Assembly (NCBI GenBank): GCA_951406725.2
Contig: OX597818.1
Coordinates: 105,896,001 to 105,960,000 of the forward strand
Direction: 5' to 3'
DNA from: Octopus vulgaris
Lineage: Eukaryota
Length of the DNA stretch: 64,000 bases
The stretch's first letter is position 1. Every line of letters starts with the position of its first letter. Positions 25,950 to 39,079 of this stretch are shown here, one piece after another. The position numbers and the translations under genes were made by a program. The notes under the pieces are model-generated. The model was not told where the DNA came from. It was given only the letters and a program-made list of their open reading frames with translations, and made no database searches.

Positions 25950-26901
25950 TGAGTATTTCATACATTTCTCGTTACATTGATTCATTGATGCGGGACCATT
26001 TCATGTCGCCCGATGATCCAGTTACATACTTTAGCCGTCTTTTGATACGAGACCAATAGGCCCCCATGTGGTTCGTGCAAGCGCCAATTTCAGGGTCGAC
26101 GAAATTCTTTGAAGGGTTAACCGTTCTGTGAATGCAACCCAGCTGTTGTATGCTGGCCCATTTGTCTGTATGTATTATAGTACCGGGTAACACATTTTCA
26201 ATTATAACAGCTTCTAGTGTTGCTGCGCTTCTGTCGGGTACACGCTGTAGAAATCCTTTTTTCACAGTGGTGTCATAGCATCCGACGACAACCCACGTTT
26301 GATGGCCTATTCTCCCTACGTAGCTCTTCCTTTGAAAGAGCAAGCTCTCATCTATTTCTACCTCATGACCGAGCGGAGTTTGTCTCGAAGCATCTTCCCC
26401 GAACATACTTCTCGACAAAACTCCTACCACTGGATCGCGGTTTTGTTATCTACTCCGCAATAGATATAGGTGCCTTAAACACGAAATGGAAGACAGTGTG
26501 AACTATTTTCTGTAAGGACAACTTTGACTTTTCCATAAATAAGTCTTTATCCTTATAGATATATTTTTCTTACAGTTTCCGCACCGTCACACAAATCCAT
26601 CCACCGATCTGGCCGACGTCTCCAAAAGTCATATCGTGTATGCAAACACACGTTTTACTGGTGGCAATAATGCCGTTGGTTTTCAAAAACACCATTATTC
26701 CTTTGTTTTCGCCAAAAAAATTTCCGGGAAAAGTGAAAAATGAAGAAATGTGGAGGGGGGATTGAAATTTTGAAGTTGCGATTTTTGAAAAAAAAATTTC
26801 AGAATCTCCATAGCCTAAAACGTGGGATTCCATAACAAAAGAAATTCAAGGAGGGAAGGGTTCCATTTACATATCCTCCATCTGGACCGTCATGTAATGC
26901 C
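25950..26901 (-). mobile_element. Merlin (IS1595/ISXO2-like) DNA transposon, decayed
   Basis: EVEIDES, IIHTDKW and HRTVN..KNFVDP..G..TN.....WSRIKR motifs; candidate 5' TIR GGCATTACATGACGGTCC starting at 26901. Confidence 0.88.
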
Positions 26902-27032
26902 TCCTAGGTAAGGAGTAGAGCATTTCAACCCATTTCTGTAATAGGCTGTTGGTTGTCAAGTTTGCTGCAAGGCTTTCAAAAGTTTATAATTGTTGAAGAG
27001 GATTCTCTAGTGTCTTCTGGATACAGATTATC

Positions 27033-27929
27033 GTATCTTTTTACTTTGACCGGCAGATTTTAATAATAATTTCTTTGTAACTAAACACTTTTAAACTTCG
27101 TATACTGGTAGTGTGTTACATAAAACATCTTTTTCTCTTGGATTTCTTGAGAAAATTCTGTAGTTTGTAAGCTATTTGTTGTTTAATTTCTTGCATTTCG
27201 GCAATTTCAACCAATCAATGACGTCTATTGAGGTGAATACAATATCTGCCGTATTTTGTCAACATTTTCTGGTGGTGTCATATGAATTTGTCACTGTTAT
27301 TTATGACATATTTCATATCAGTTACGTTCGTATGAATAAAAGATTATCGTTGTTAAACTTTTATTAATAAACACATATTCTAAGTTCACAACATATGCAG
27401 TTTTAATTTCCCTCTCTGTTGCACAGATACACACATTACATATTATATATTCGTTTAAGAAACAGATTGGGTTTATTTACATTTCTGAAGAAGAAAAAAG
27501 ATGCCCTTCCCCCCACCCCTAACCCTAACACAGATTGAAATGCAATAGATCGATACTAGGGTCATAATTATGGGTGGACACTAAAGAGGGAACGGTTTTG
27601 TTATCCAGCTCTGTTTACGAATGACCCCTCAGTTTATGGCCACAGGGTATCTTTTTTTCTCATAAATAACTGACAAATTCATATGACACCACCAGAAAAT
27701 GTTGACAAAATACGGCAGATATTGTATTCACCTCAATAGACGTCATTGATTGGTTGAAATTGCCGAAATGCAAGAAATTAAACAACAAATAGCTTACAAA
27801 CTGCAGAATTTTCTCAAGAAAGCCAAGAGAAAAAGATGTTTATGTAACACACTACCAGTATACGAAGTTTAAAAGTGTTTAGTTACAAAGAAATTATTTT
27901 GAAATCTGCCAGTCAAAGTGAAAAGATCC
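27033..27929. mobile_element. Foldback MITE with ~270-bp TIRs and 8-bp target-site duplication
   Basis: Arms at about 27035-27306 and 27660-27927 are near-perfect inverted copies; AGATTATC flanks both sides (27025-27032 and 27930-27937). Confidence 0.9.
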
Positions 27930-29045
27930 AGATTATCTTCTCGTTACCAATAGCAATCAGAATCATATTAAAGGGAACAGTGTTGCAATCTGTTCAGTTC
28001 TTTGTGTTGTTGTCCAGACCTGAGATGACTGGAAAGAAATGAAGCAAGCATATTCCGTTGGATGTGCAGTGTATGTGTGTGTGTGAAAGACTTAGTGAGA
28101 GAAAAACTGGGTATTAGAAGGGACTGATATAGTGTGCAAAAAAGAAGACTGAATTGGTATGGACATGTGGATGAGGACAGTGATATAAAGTGCCTATCAT
28201 TTGATGCTGGTGGAACTTGTAGAAGAGAGAGATCCAGGAAGATGTGATAGAATGGGGAAGACTGATCTCAGGACCTTAACCCTTTAGCATTCAGATTACT
28301 TTAACAAGCATAATGCTTATTTATTCACATTGTTTTGAATTAATCATGCATTATCTCATAGTTTCAAGATTTCAATGATGTGTTGTTTTATTCTTAGCCT
28401 GGGGTAAGTGGAAATATTGGATTTGGTCAATTTGAGCGTAAAACAAGTAGAATATTGTCAAATGGTTAAGCCTCATAGAGGAGATGACTGGCAGTATGCA
28501 GTTCTCAAGAAGACCCACACAAAACCAAGTTCTGACTGTACTGTGTGTATAGATATATATGCGCAACTGGGCCATTCACCCAATTTCCTTCCGCCTCAAC
28601 ACACAACCAGATACTCTTCCTGTCACCAACTCTCACCTATTTCCAACCAAGGTAACTCTCTGTGACCAGACATTTTTTTGTGGAAGATTGGAAATGGACT
28701 CTGCTTTCATGACATTGACATTTGTTTACAACTATCAGGTGAAGTGAAGGCAAGGAGACAGTGATACACTTCTACACTCTCACACACACACAAGGCTTCA
28801 GTCAGTCTGTGGCTATAGAAGACATTTTTTCTAGGTGCTATACAGCGGGGCTAAACCCAAAACCATATGACTGAGAAGCAAACTTCTTATTACACAGCCT
28901 ATGGGTGGGTATTAAAAGTGGAGGAAGAGGGGAATCAGTTTCTGTATATTGAGTTTTTATATGAAAGGACTTTTGAAATTTTAATTAATATACAAATTAA
29001 ATAATGAGATTATAATTTTTCTCACTTGTTATTTTTCATTTTTAG

Positions 29046-29163
29046 ACTGAAGAAGTAAATCCTAAAGCCTATCCATTATCGGATCCACAGTTAACTCATA
29101 GCATTTTGAATCTTGTACAACAGGCCTCAAATTACAAGCAGTTAAGGAAAGGAGCAAATGAAG
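29046..29163 (+). CDS. SNU13: SNU13/NHP2L1 (15.5K) exon 2 ([39 protein letters not shown])
   Basis: ttttag acceptor, G|gtgagt donor; VNPKAYPL and [10 protein letters not shown] are 15.5K signature motifs. Confidence 0.97.
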
Positions 29164-31473
29164 GTGAGTTTTTAATTGGAAGTATGTGATTGACATGTCA
29201 TCATCATCATCATCGTCGTCGTTTAGCGTCCGTTTTCCATGCTAGCATGGGTTGGACGGTTCTACTGGGGTCTGTGAAGCCAGAAGGCTTCATCAGGCCC
29301 AGTCAAATCTGGCAGTGTTTCTACGGCTGGATGCCCTTCCTAACGCCAACCACTCCGTGAGTGTAGTGGGTGCTTTTTACGTGCCACCCGCACAGGTGCC
29401 AGACAGAGCTGGCAAATGGCCACGAACGGATGGTGCTTTTTATGTGCCACCGGCACAAGGGCCAGGCAAGGCTGGCAACGGACACGAAACAGGGCGGTGC
29501 TGGCAACGGTCGCGAAACGGAAGGTTCTCTTACATGCCACCGGCACTGGTAACACGGTATATTTATTTTGTTTTAACTTTTTGTCATGGCTAAATTTTTC
29601 TTATTAAAAGTTGGTAATGACAAAAAACACAGATGGACTTATTGCTTTTAAATCAAGAAATATTCTGTCAATTATATGTTTTACTTTTATCTGGTAATGT
29701 CAACGTTTATAATTGAAACATATTACAACAATATATTTCTAGTCTATATTAAAGGATTATTGCAATGAATAAAGTAAGAAAATATGTCACTCTAATTTTT
29801 AATGTTAATTTAAGGCTAAGTCAGTCCTCTTCAAGCAGACTTGTGATCAAAGACTTTCCAGTTATGACCATTCTAGGTTTTTTTCTTTTTCCTGTTATAA
29901 TTTAAGATTATGTTAATTGATGTGTCCTTCTTTTTCATCTTTAAATGGTAAGCATTTGAAGAGTGTTTTACTTATCTTCAGCAGGTCAAATGGTGGTTGA
30001 GGCTTTTTCATTTGCTAAAAAAATTGTGCTTTAATTAAGAAATATAACACATGAAATTAGAAATAGAAGTTAAATAACATGACTATATGTGAAATAGTCC
30101 TCAAAATTTGTCTGCATAGGCAAAGTAAGAAAATAGATATATTACAAAAAAAAAATTTGATATAACTTTAGAGAGAATATGAAATGGTATTCATGCATAA
30201 CTTAGTTGATGTCTGGGCTCTTTTGGAATTCTTTCAAGTGCAAATATGAAGTTTCAATTTCAAAATCAGACTTTGCATAATTCGCATAGATGTGTTTTGC
30301 ATTTGAAATAATTTTTTTAAGGTTTATAAAAGACAATCATTTGAGTATTTATAATGCCTGGCATCAAGCTAAACTTGGGACAAATTTTCAGTCCAGGAAT
30401 TTTGCAAGCAACCAATGTAAAGAGATCTTGCATACACATACTAGCTATTTAGTTAAAAGATTACAGGGCCTAGGCAGTAAAGACAATGATATACCAGTAC
30501 ATCAAGCTCTGTGTAAGTTCTATGATAACTTGCCTCTGTAAATAGCAGTATCATTAAAAAAAAAACTTGTGTGCCATTAGCTTGCAATTCTCAATTCAGC
30601 TTTTCCTCCTGTAAATGTGACCTGTAGAGAATTTGTATCCCATTGATTTTCTCTAGAATTCAATATATTATATGATCCCAATCATTAAAAGTCAAGTGAT
30701 TGGCTTACCTGGCAACAGGTAAATCATAGAGCTATGATAAATGAAGTAATTTAAGTATTGCAGAAATCAAAGCCAGAGCTATCGTCACTTTACCCTTAAA
30801 ATTGGCGTATTGGTTATCTGTTTGATCTGACTACTTGGTTAACTTCTGTAATCACTATATTTATCCATATTCCACAGGAATTAACTACGTGGGCTTTAAG
30901 AGAATTTGGAGTGGAAAAATTATTTAATAGCAACAAGGATGCATAAGTGAGTATGCAGTCATAAAGATGAAAGATGGGACCAGTATTGTATTTGAATGGA
31001 AGATTGATTTCATCAGGGGTTAGTACCAGGCCTACCGACTATTTGTATTTGAGGGTATGCAATTGGGAGAAGGGAAGTTACGTGGGAATTATTCTATGTG
31101 CACAATCTAACATTCATAACAGTGAGTATGTGGATTAAAAGAGGTGATGAATAGGTAGAACAGGCACGGGCAGTTTTTTTTTTTTTTTTTTTTTACTTTC
31201 GAGAAGTGGGCTGCACTGCTAAAACAATACAAGGTAGTTTTTCGTTAGACATGCCATTCAGAAAGTCCCAGGGGATGGAGTTTGGCCATCCCATGACTGA
31301 AGTAGAAGAAATATATAGAGGTAAAAATATGAGATTGAATAGGCGAATATTGGAAAGATGGAAGTGGTGGCAAATGTGTACTGTGGTAAGAAAGAAGCGT
31401 ATTGCTAAAATTATTGAATTAAATGCTTTATACCATAATAAATTGTTTTAATGTTTTAAATTATTTTTTACAG

Positions 31474-31577
31474 TTACAAAAACTCTTAACAGAGGAATAT
31501 CAGAGTTTATAGTACTTGCAGCAGATGCAGAACCTTTGGAAATATTACTTCATCTTCCTTTACTCTGTGAAGACAAG
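31474..31577 (+). CDS. SNU13: SNU13 exon 3 ([35 protein letters not shown])
   Basis: ttttacag acceptor, gtcagt donor; L7Ae-domain core. Confidence 0.97.
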
Positions 31578-34449
31578 GTCAGTGTCAGTTTTTATACCTA
31601 TCACAAAGCTCTTTTTTGGAAAAGAGTGGCCATATAAATTGATCTCTTGTATATAATACATGTTTTTTTCTCATTGCCTTGCATTCAGTATGGGAATTTG
31701 AACAGTTACCTAAGTTAGTTGAATGTACTTGTTTTTGAAGTTGTGTTTGTCTTTTAACACTAAATTGAAATGTGATATACCATTTCTGTTTGGTAAGGTA
31801 CCTGAAGCTGATTTAAAACTTAAATCAAGCAATGTTCTAGAATGTAGCACCTAACTCTTCTTGTTTCAGTCTCTCTAATTAGGAAAGAAAAAATTTATAT
31901 CTGCTCTGCTTTAAGATACAGAATGAATTAAAATTATTTCAAGATCAAAAATAAAAATGTCTTCAAATTTCCAGAGCTGTATCATTCTAAGTAACATCTT
32001 GCTGGTTGTCTCCACGTAGTGGTGTTAAAGGGATTTATGGAGCTATAAAGTAGACACTCCTTTCTTGGTTCCCTCACAGCCAGTTCAGAGAGAGTAAAAG
32101 AAATTGATTCTAGTATTTTACTGGTATGTCATTTGTCAACCCCTGAAGGGAGAAAAAAACAATTTCCTTCTCCAGGATTTAAACTTGGTCTACAGAGAAC
32201 CAAAATAAAAATACTGCAATGTTTCTTGTTGACATGCTAATGCATGTCATTTTGCTGCACAGTCAGCTTTTATTGATCATATATAAATGAAATGCAAAAG
32301 GGTTAAGGTATTAGATTACTGGCTTTGTAATCAATAAGTTGACTCTACAGCTATTAAATTATACACTTAACAATCAAACTAACTTTGCTTACTCTATCTA
32401 GTTTTATCTGTCTGAATAAAAATAGGTTCAACTCTTTTTATTTAAATGATTAGCCATAATTAAAGCAGTTGCTCTTATATTTTTCCATTCAAACATGGAA
32501 AAATATATGAAAAGCAATAAAGGAAAAATAGTAAAGCAGTTTATTATATACTTTTTGTTGAGTTAAACTGTACACCGAATATGATCTCATTGTTAACTGC
32601 TTATCAAGCTTAGAAGAACTGAACAGTTCTGCTGTATCTATCAATATTCTTAACATATTGATGAAAACCATATATTTGGCTGTAGGAGAACATGCCCTTT
32701 GATCTTTGTGTCTAGTATCTAGGGTAAATCAGTCTATTCTTCAGAATTCCATGCACAAGAGTAGTTGGACTTGGCACGGTAACTTAAAGAAACAGGAATT
32801 GTAATGAGTTACTCCCACCCTATGAAATTTATTTGAATTATTCAAAAGTTGAGTATTTTATTCATGGTCCAACCTAGTTCTAGTGATAGTAAATAAACGC
32901 CTGGTTTGAGCAAGTTGTTTTATTCCTTATCAGTTCAACCAATCATATTCTCTGGAAGTTGGTGAATATTCTTGCTTGTAACTAGTCAAACACTTTTTGT
33001 TTAGGGTGGTTGAGTGTGAATAAATTCTACAATGAAAAATTGAAACATCTTTCTACTGGTCTTAACCTGTTTGCTACCAACCCAGCTGAAACTGGCTCTG
33101 GCTCTGAGTACAAATGTCTTGTTTTCATAAGTTTTGAATTAAAATCTACCAAACCTTAGTCACAATTTATGTTCCTAACACTAGCTGAATGATAACTAAG
33201 TTATTTTACTAAATTCTTTGTTATATTTAAAGTAATGAAATATAAATAAAGTGACAATATAACACGCAAACCACTAAAATTGTGGTGATGCAGGTCACAT
33301 CTTTCATGGCTTGCAGATATTAAAATCTCTGTTGCTTTGTCAATGCTTGGAGAATTAAGAAAACATTCTGCACAAACTGAAATCATATTGCTTATGAGCA
33401 ATTATTAATACACTGGACACGACAAACCCTGTGCTAAGTAACAGTGGTCTTGGAGGTGCAAAGAAAACTGGTTTAGGCTTCTGGCACTATTTCATTTCTC
33501 ACATATTGATATGTGGTGATACAACAGTAACTGCTCCTGCCTCAAATTTTATATTAACTTTTTCTGTGCTAGTATGGGTTGACCAGGATTTCTTAAGTCT
33601 TGGATCAGATGAACTTCCTGGTACCAACCCTTGTTTTCGAGTAAAGAACTTATACTGGTCTTTACATATTGAACTGCTCATCTGTGGAAATGCCATTGTT
33701 GCCCAAATGGTGTCAGTATGAAGCCACATCGAGACATAGAAACACACATTATGTGAATATATGATTTTTTCATTGTTTTAACATCAACTTATCTATGTTC
33801 GCATGGATTGAGCAGAATTTGTTGGGGCAGATTTTCTATGGCCAGATGCTCTTCCTGTCACCAACCGTTGCCTTTTTCCATGTGAGGTAATATTTCCCTT
33901 TGACCAGGCATCTTTTCACATATTGGAAATGAAGGACACCACATGCATGACAGTGCTACTTGGTTACTATTATCATGTAATATCGAGGTAAGGAGATAGT
34001 AACATACACAGACTTCTTTCATTTACTATCTACCAAATCCAATAATCCAATGACAAGGCTTTGGTTAACCCAGGACTAGAGAAGGCTCTTGCCCAAAATA
34101 CCATGCAGTGAGACTGAATTCTGAACCATGTGGTCAGAAAGCAAACTTACCACAAAACCTCGCTTGTGCCTGTGTGTATGTATACATATATGCATGTATG
34201 CTTGCACATTTATGTCTGATACAGGCTTCCATGCAGTTTTTGTCTACTAAATTTCACTCACCAAGCACTGGCTAACCCAAGGCTGTAACAAGAAATTACA
34301 TGCCCAAGGTGTCACACTGGGATCAAACCCAAAACTCTAGACTTTTTGACCACACAGCCATACTTGCTTCTCACAACACCCATTTTTTTTTTCTTATCTT
34401 ACTAAATGTTGATTTAATTAATAAGTTCGTTTTTTTCCTTTCCTTCCAG

Positions 34450-34483
34450 AATGTTCCATATGTATTTGTACGGTCTAAACAAG
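34450..34483 (+). CDS. SNU13: SNU13 exon 4 (NVPYVFVRSKQ)
   Basis: ccttccag acceptor, gtaagg donor, 34 nt. Confidence 0.95.
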
Positions 34484-35402
34484 GTAAGGACAATACTTTT
34501 CATTATTTTTATTATTGGTTCCAATCACTTGATGTCATTTGGCTTCTAAATATGAGACAATATCACTGGTGATCAGTCACTTGAAAGGACAGGAATTGTA
34601 TATTGCAAAGATTCATGTGTTGCTTGATATCACTACTACCTTTAACCTCAAAAGTGGCTGGGTGTTACCTATTTCCTTATCTCCGTATCAACATTTGCAC
34701 TGCAAATTATTTAAAAAAGTCAATACACTCTTGTATTACTCTTTCCTCTGCCAGACTTAATTCAGTCACTTTGTTTTGTCATACCCTGCTGGGTTATATT
34801 GCCTTGAATGAATGGGTTACAACAATAGAGTAGTGAGAATTCTTTTATACTGTGATGTACCAAGCAACCTCACTAGTGCTGATGCTACAATGAAATGCAT
34901 TAAAGACAGTTTATGGTTAAGAGGACTCTTTAGTCTGATCAAGAACATAGCAATCTTTCTAGTATTGGTATCACAATTGAATGTGCCCAGTGGTTGGTAT
35001 TAGGAAAGATATTAACCAAGCCCAAAAGAGAACACACAGATGAGATGTAGTCTTCCAATCATCTAGAAGGGCAGTAACTCCATATTAGAACTAACTTAGA
35101 CTGTGACAGCACATCCAACCCATTTCACTGTAGAAAGTGGGCTTAAAATGGTGGTGGTGAATGGTCTTGAAATGATTTTGTGGAGTGAAGAGTAGTTGTA
35201 TATTGCAGTGTTAATGCAGAAGAACAAAAAAGATTTGATTTACAAAATTAATGTACATAGGTGCAGGAGTGGCTGTGTGGTAAGTAACTTGCATACCAAC
35301 CAGATGGTTCCAGGTTCAGTCCTAATGCATGGCACCTTGGGCAAGTGTCTTCTATAGCCTTGTGAGTGGATTTAATAGACAGAAACTGAAAGAAGCCTGT
35401 CG

Positions 35403-35454
<52 letters not shown>

Positions 35455-35460
35455 TACATA

Positions 35461-36305
35461 CAGGGGTTGGACAAAATAATGGAAGCACCTTAAAATTTCA
35501 AACAAATTTTATTTTAATATGAGGTAGGACTACCTTTGGCAGTAATTACAGCTTCAATTGTACAAGGGTTGCACTCATACAAAGTTTGAATTGTTTCCAC
35601 AGGAATTTTTGTCCATTCTTCAGGTAAAACAAGTCTCCGGTTCTTGTAGTGATGATGGTGGAGGATATCGACTCCTTATTTGTTTTTCTAAAATGCACCA
35701 TAAATATTCAATAATATTGAGATCTGGGGACTATGGTGGCTAGATAATATGTTCAACTTCACTATATACTTGGTCGGTGGTCTGAAATAAGGTAATGGAT
35801 GACTCGTCTGAGAAAATAACATTCTTCCACTGCTCTAGGGACCAATTCTGTAGGTTTTTACTTTACTGTAAACACTTTGCAACGTATGCTTTTGAAAGTA
35901 ATGGTTTTCTGATTGCAGTCCTCCCAAGAAATCCAAACAATTTGCGTAAGAGTCTGACAGTTTTGATTTTCTTCTGGAGTCTTGTTTTGATGAAGTTTTC
36001 CCTCTTTCTCAAAGGCTGTCATTACTTTTGAGACACCAAACATTTTGGTTGTTTTCGTTACACTAGCGCCTGCCATACAAGCACCAGTAATATAACCTCT
36101 TTGAATATCTGATAGATCTGTCATTTTAATGAATTTCAATTACTTTTTTCTGATGATATCTGAAAAGAGACAGCAATTTTAGCAAAGCGTATTAAGTGAC
36201 ACTAATAATTAATCAAAAAACATAAAGATAAACAAGCTTTTGACAGTTTTATAGATATTTCAAAATGATAATGCTAGATCTTTTCCTTATTTTGTCCAAC
36301 CCCTG
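35461..36305 (-). mobile_element. Internally deleted Tc1-like element
   Basis: TIRs CAGGGGTTGGACAAAATAA with TA flanks; transposase N-terminal remnant MTDLSDIQRGYITGA. Confidence 0.88.
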
Positions 36306-36791
36306 TATATGTTTGTGTGTCTGTATTTGTCCAACCATCATCATTTGACAACCAATGTTGGTGTGTTTGCATTCCCATAACCTAGCAGTTTGGCAAAAGA
36401 GGCTGATAGAATAAGTACTAGGTTTACAAAGAATAAGTCCTGGGGTCGATTTGTTCAACTAAAGGTGGTGCTCCAGCATGGCCACAGTCAAATGTCTTAA
36501 ACAAATGATAAAATACAAGTGGGTGCTCAACTTGCAGTTGGAGCACATTTTCTCTTTTAACAAGGTGTTTATATCCTTAGGAGTTTGGTACATCACTCAC
36601 AATAGTAGGCCTGAATTCATTATTTTTTTTCAGTCAATAGCTTATCACTTTAACAGCTCAGCCACTGTAATACATCTTACGTTGTGATCATGCATACTTT
36701 TATCATTATAGGTATTCTAATACCTATAATTTCTTGACTTTGTCAACCATCTTTTACTTAGATACTTACCCCTTTTTCTTTATGATTGCAG

Positions 36792-36916
36792 CTCTTGGAC
36801 GTGCTTGTGGTGTATCAAGATCTGTAATCGCTTGTTCAGTGACAGTTAATGAAGGTTCACAGCTTAAATCACAGATCCAGGCCATTCAGCAAAATATCGA
36901 GAAATTATTAATTTGA
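36792..36916 (+). CDS. SNU13: SNU13 last exon ([41 protein letters not shown])
   Basis: ttgcag acceptor, TGA at 36914-36916; assembled protein is 127 aa. Confidence 0.97.
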
Positions 36917-37066
36917 GATACCAGTGTTCCAGAGAAATGGACTGAACTGGATTCTCACTTGAATTTATTTTTTTTTCTTCTCCCAATCAACCTGGAGATT
37001 AATTACAGTTTCTTCAGAATATTCATTCATTCATTCCTATGATATTCATGTACAGTTCTACTATTT

Positions 37067-37072
37067 AATAAA
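37067..37072 (+). terminator. Likely SNU13 polyadenylation signal
   Basis: AATAAA about 150 nt after the stop codon, followed by T/GT-rich sequence. Confidence 0.55.
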
Positions 37073-37914
37073 TTTTAGAAAGAAAATCTTGATGTTATTG
37101 TCTTGTCCATCGTTATTGTTAAATGATATAAGATGATGACCCAGCAGAAGCATTAACATATCACATAAAAGGTATAGCAGCATTTCTTCTGACTCTTTAC
37201 TTCATTTAAATGCCACCAAGGTCAACTTTGTCTTTCATCCTTTCAGGGTTGATAAAGTAAAGTACCAGTCAAATACTAGGTTGATGTAATTGGCTTTTCT
37301 CCTTCTCTCAAAATTGCTGGCCTTGTGCTAAAATGAGAAAGAATTATTGTTAATCCTTTCCTCTGCAAAATTAAATTTCATGGTTATTCCAGTAATAATA
37401 TTAAATATCTACCAAAAATAAGATTTGTGTTTACTGCATTGCTTCAATAAACTTCATATCTCAACCAAAGATAATTTTATACATGACATTCTTCAACAAA
37501 AGACAGATTGGTATATAAAACTGCTTTCTGCTGTAAAAGGGTGTTAAACTAAATAAGAAACAGTCTGTGCTGGGATTGTTCAGTCTATTTATTATCAAAG
37601 TTGCACATTGATCATGATAGTGAATGCATATCTTCTAGATTTAGTTATAAGCCTCCTCAACTCTTCAGGACATTGGGAAGAATTGTTGCAAAACAGAAGA
37701 TGACAGCTTTCTAAAATGCTCCTAGCTGAGGGTTGTTTCCAGCAGAGTTGCATAGCTCTAGGCAATTTTGAATTATTCTTTTATGGTACTATCTGAAGGA
37801 AGATTGTCTAAGGCCCTCTCATGTCCTTGGCAATACTTGTAAAGACCATACTTTACTAACTAGGTCTAATAACACTGAAGTATGATTGCTCCATCATCAA
37901 GAGTATTTTTTAAA

Positions 37915-38770
37915 TACAAGATTGTTTTGAATCAGATTTAATCAAAACTAATGGGTTGTCTCACCATCGCTATAAGTTTTTTTTTGCTCACTGCAGTATG
38001 TTACCAATGGCTTATTGTTCTTCATGCAGAGTATTCCTTGTTACATAGATACTCCATTGTCTTCACAGCTACTCTGATCTGTTTACAGCAGTGGTTAGAA
38101 GGAAGGTGTGTAGCGTGTAATTATCGCATTGACCATGACAGAAAGTTGTCATGGTGATACCTGTTCAGAGGCCTATGCAAGGTTGCAGAGAGTATCTGAG
38201 ATGTGTACAAGTGGTTCAGACGTTTCCAAGATGGCCAAAAAAATGTCAATATTGACAAACGTTCTGGGAGACCTGCAACCAACAGAACTGAGAAAAAGAT
38301 CACAGATGTTCATGCAGCTGGGAGGGGAAATAGTCGAATCACCATCCATGATTTATCAGAGAATGTGCAGATTAGTTATGGTTCAATTCAGTCCATTATC
38401 ACGATATTGGTATGAGACTTGTGTCTGCCAGGTTTGTGCCAAAATTTTTTCAGCTGACCAAAAGGGCACTCAAGTTTCAGTTGTACAAAATCGCCTTGAT
38501 AATATCGAGAATGATAAAAACTTTGCATAGGCCTCTGAGCAGCTATCACCAAACTTTTGGCAAAATTTGATGTAGATTCTCTGCTCAACTTTGTCGTAGT
38601 CAATGCAACGATCACACACTACACACCTTCCTTCCAAGCAGTGGAAGTGAGCTAGAACTTAGTGCACATGCACAGCAGAGTAGAGTTCAAGATCAATCTT
38701 TGCCAAGCAGCTTTACTCTGTGTACTTTAGCTTTGACAACAGTCCGGATACTTATTGATCAGACCATATG
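37915..38770. mobile_element. Mariner derivative with an inverted duplication of its 5' end
   Basis: MYKWFRRFQDG..RSGRP HTH remnant on +; 38090-38185 is mirrored by 38520-38640. Confidence 0.7.
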
Positions 38771-39079
38771 CATCATCATCATCTAGTGTCTGTGTTCTGT
38801 GCTGGCATAGGATGGATGGTTTGACTGGATCCCAGTTCTGAAAACTGCACCTTGTTCCAATGGTTTCTACAGCTAGATACCATTCCAAGCATCAACCACT
38901 TAACAGTGTGTACTGGGTACTTTCTTCATGGCACCAGCACTAGTGGGGTTACATTATTTAGAGAGATGGCTTTATGCAAGGGATGATAGGTTAACATATG
39001 GAAGAAGGTGTTAGAATAGAACAGGTTTCTTACTGCCAAGGAACTATGCAACCACTAACATTATAGAAGAGAGGGTGGG

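Noticed and set aside
30704-30714. CTTACCTGGCA as a U1 snRNA gene
   Set aside because: The match stops after 11 nt; no U1 stem-loops or Sm site follow.
30878-30946. Second possible SNU13 poison exon (ccacag|...|gtgagt with in-frame TAA)
   Set aside because: It lies in repeat-like purine-rich sequence with no supporting structure, and such site pairs arise by chance.
31144-31300. GTGATGA...CTGA as an intronic box C/D snoRNA, and GAAAGTCCC as RNase MRP CR-I
   Set aside because: No terminal stem, a long poly-T inside, no recognisable guide, and no matching MRP 3' motif.
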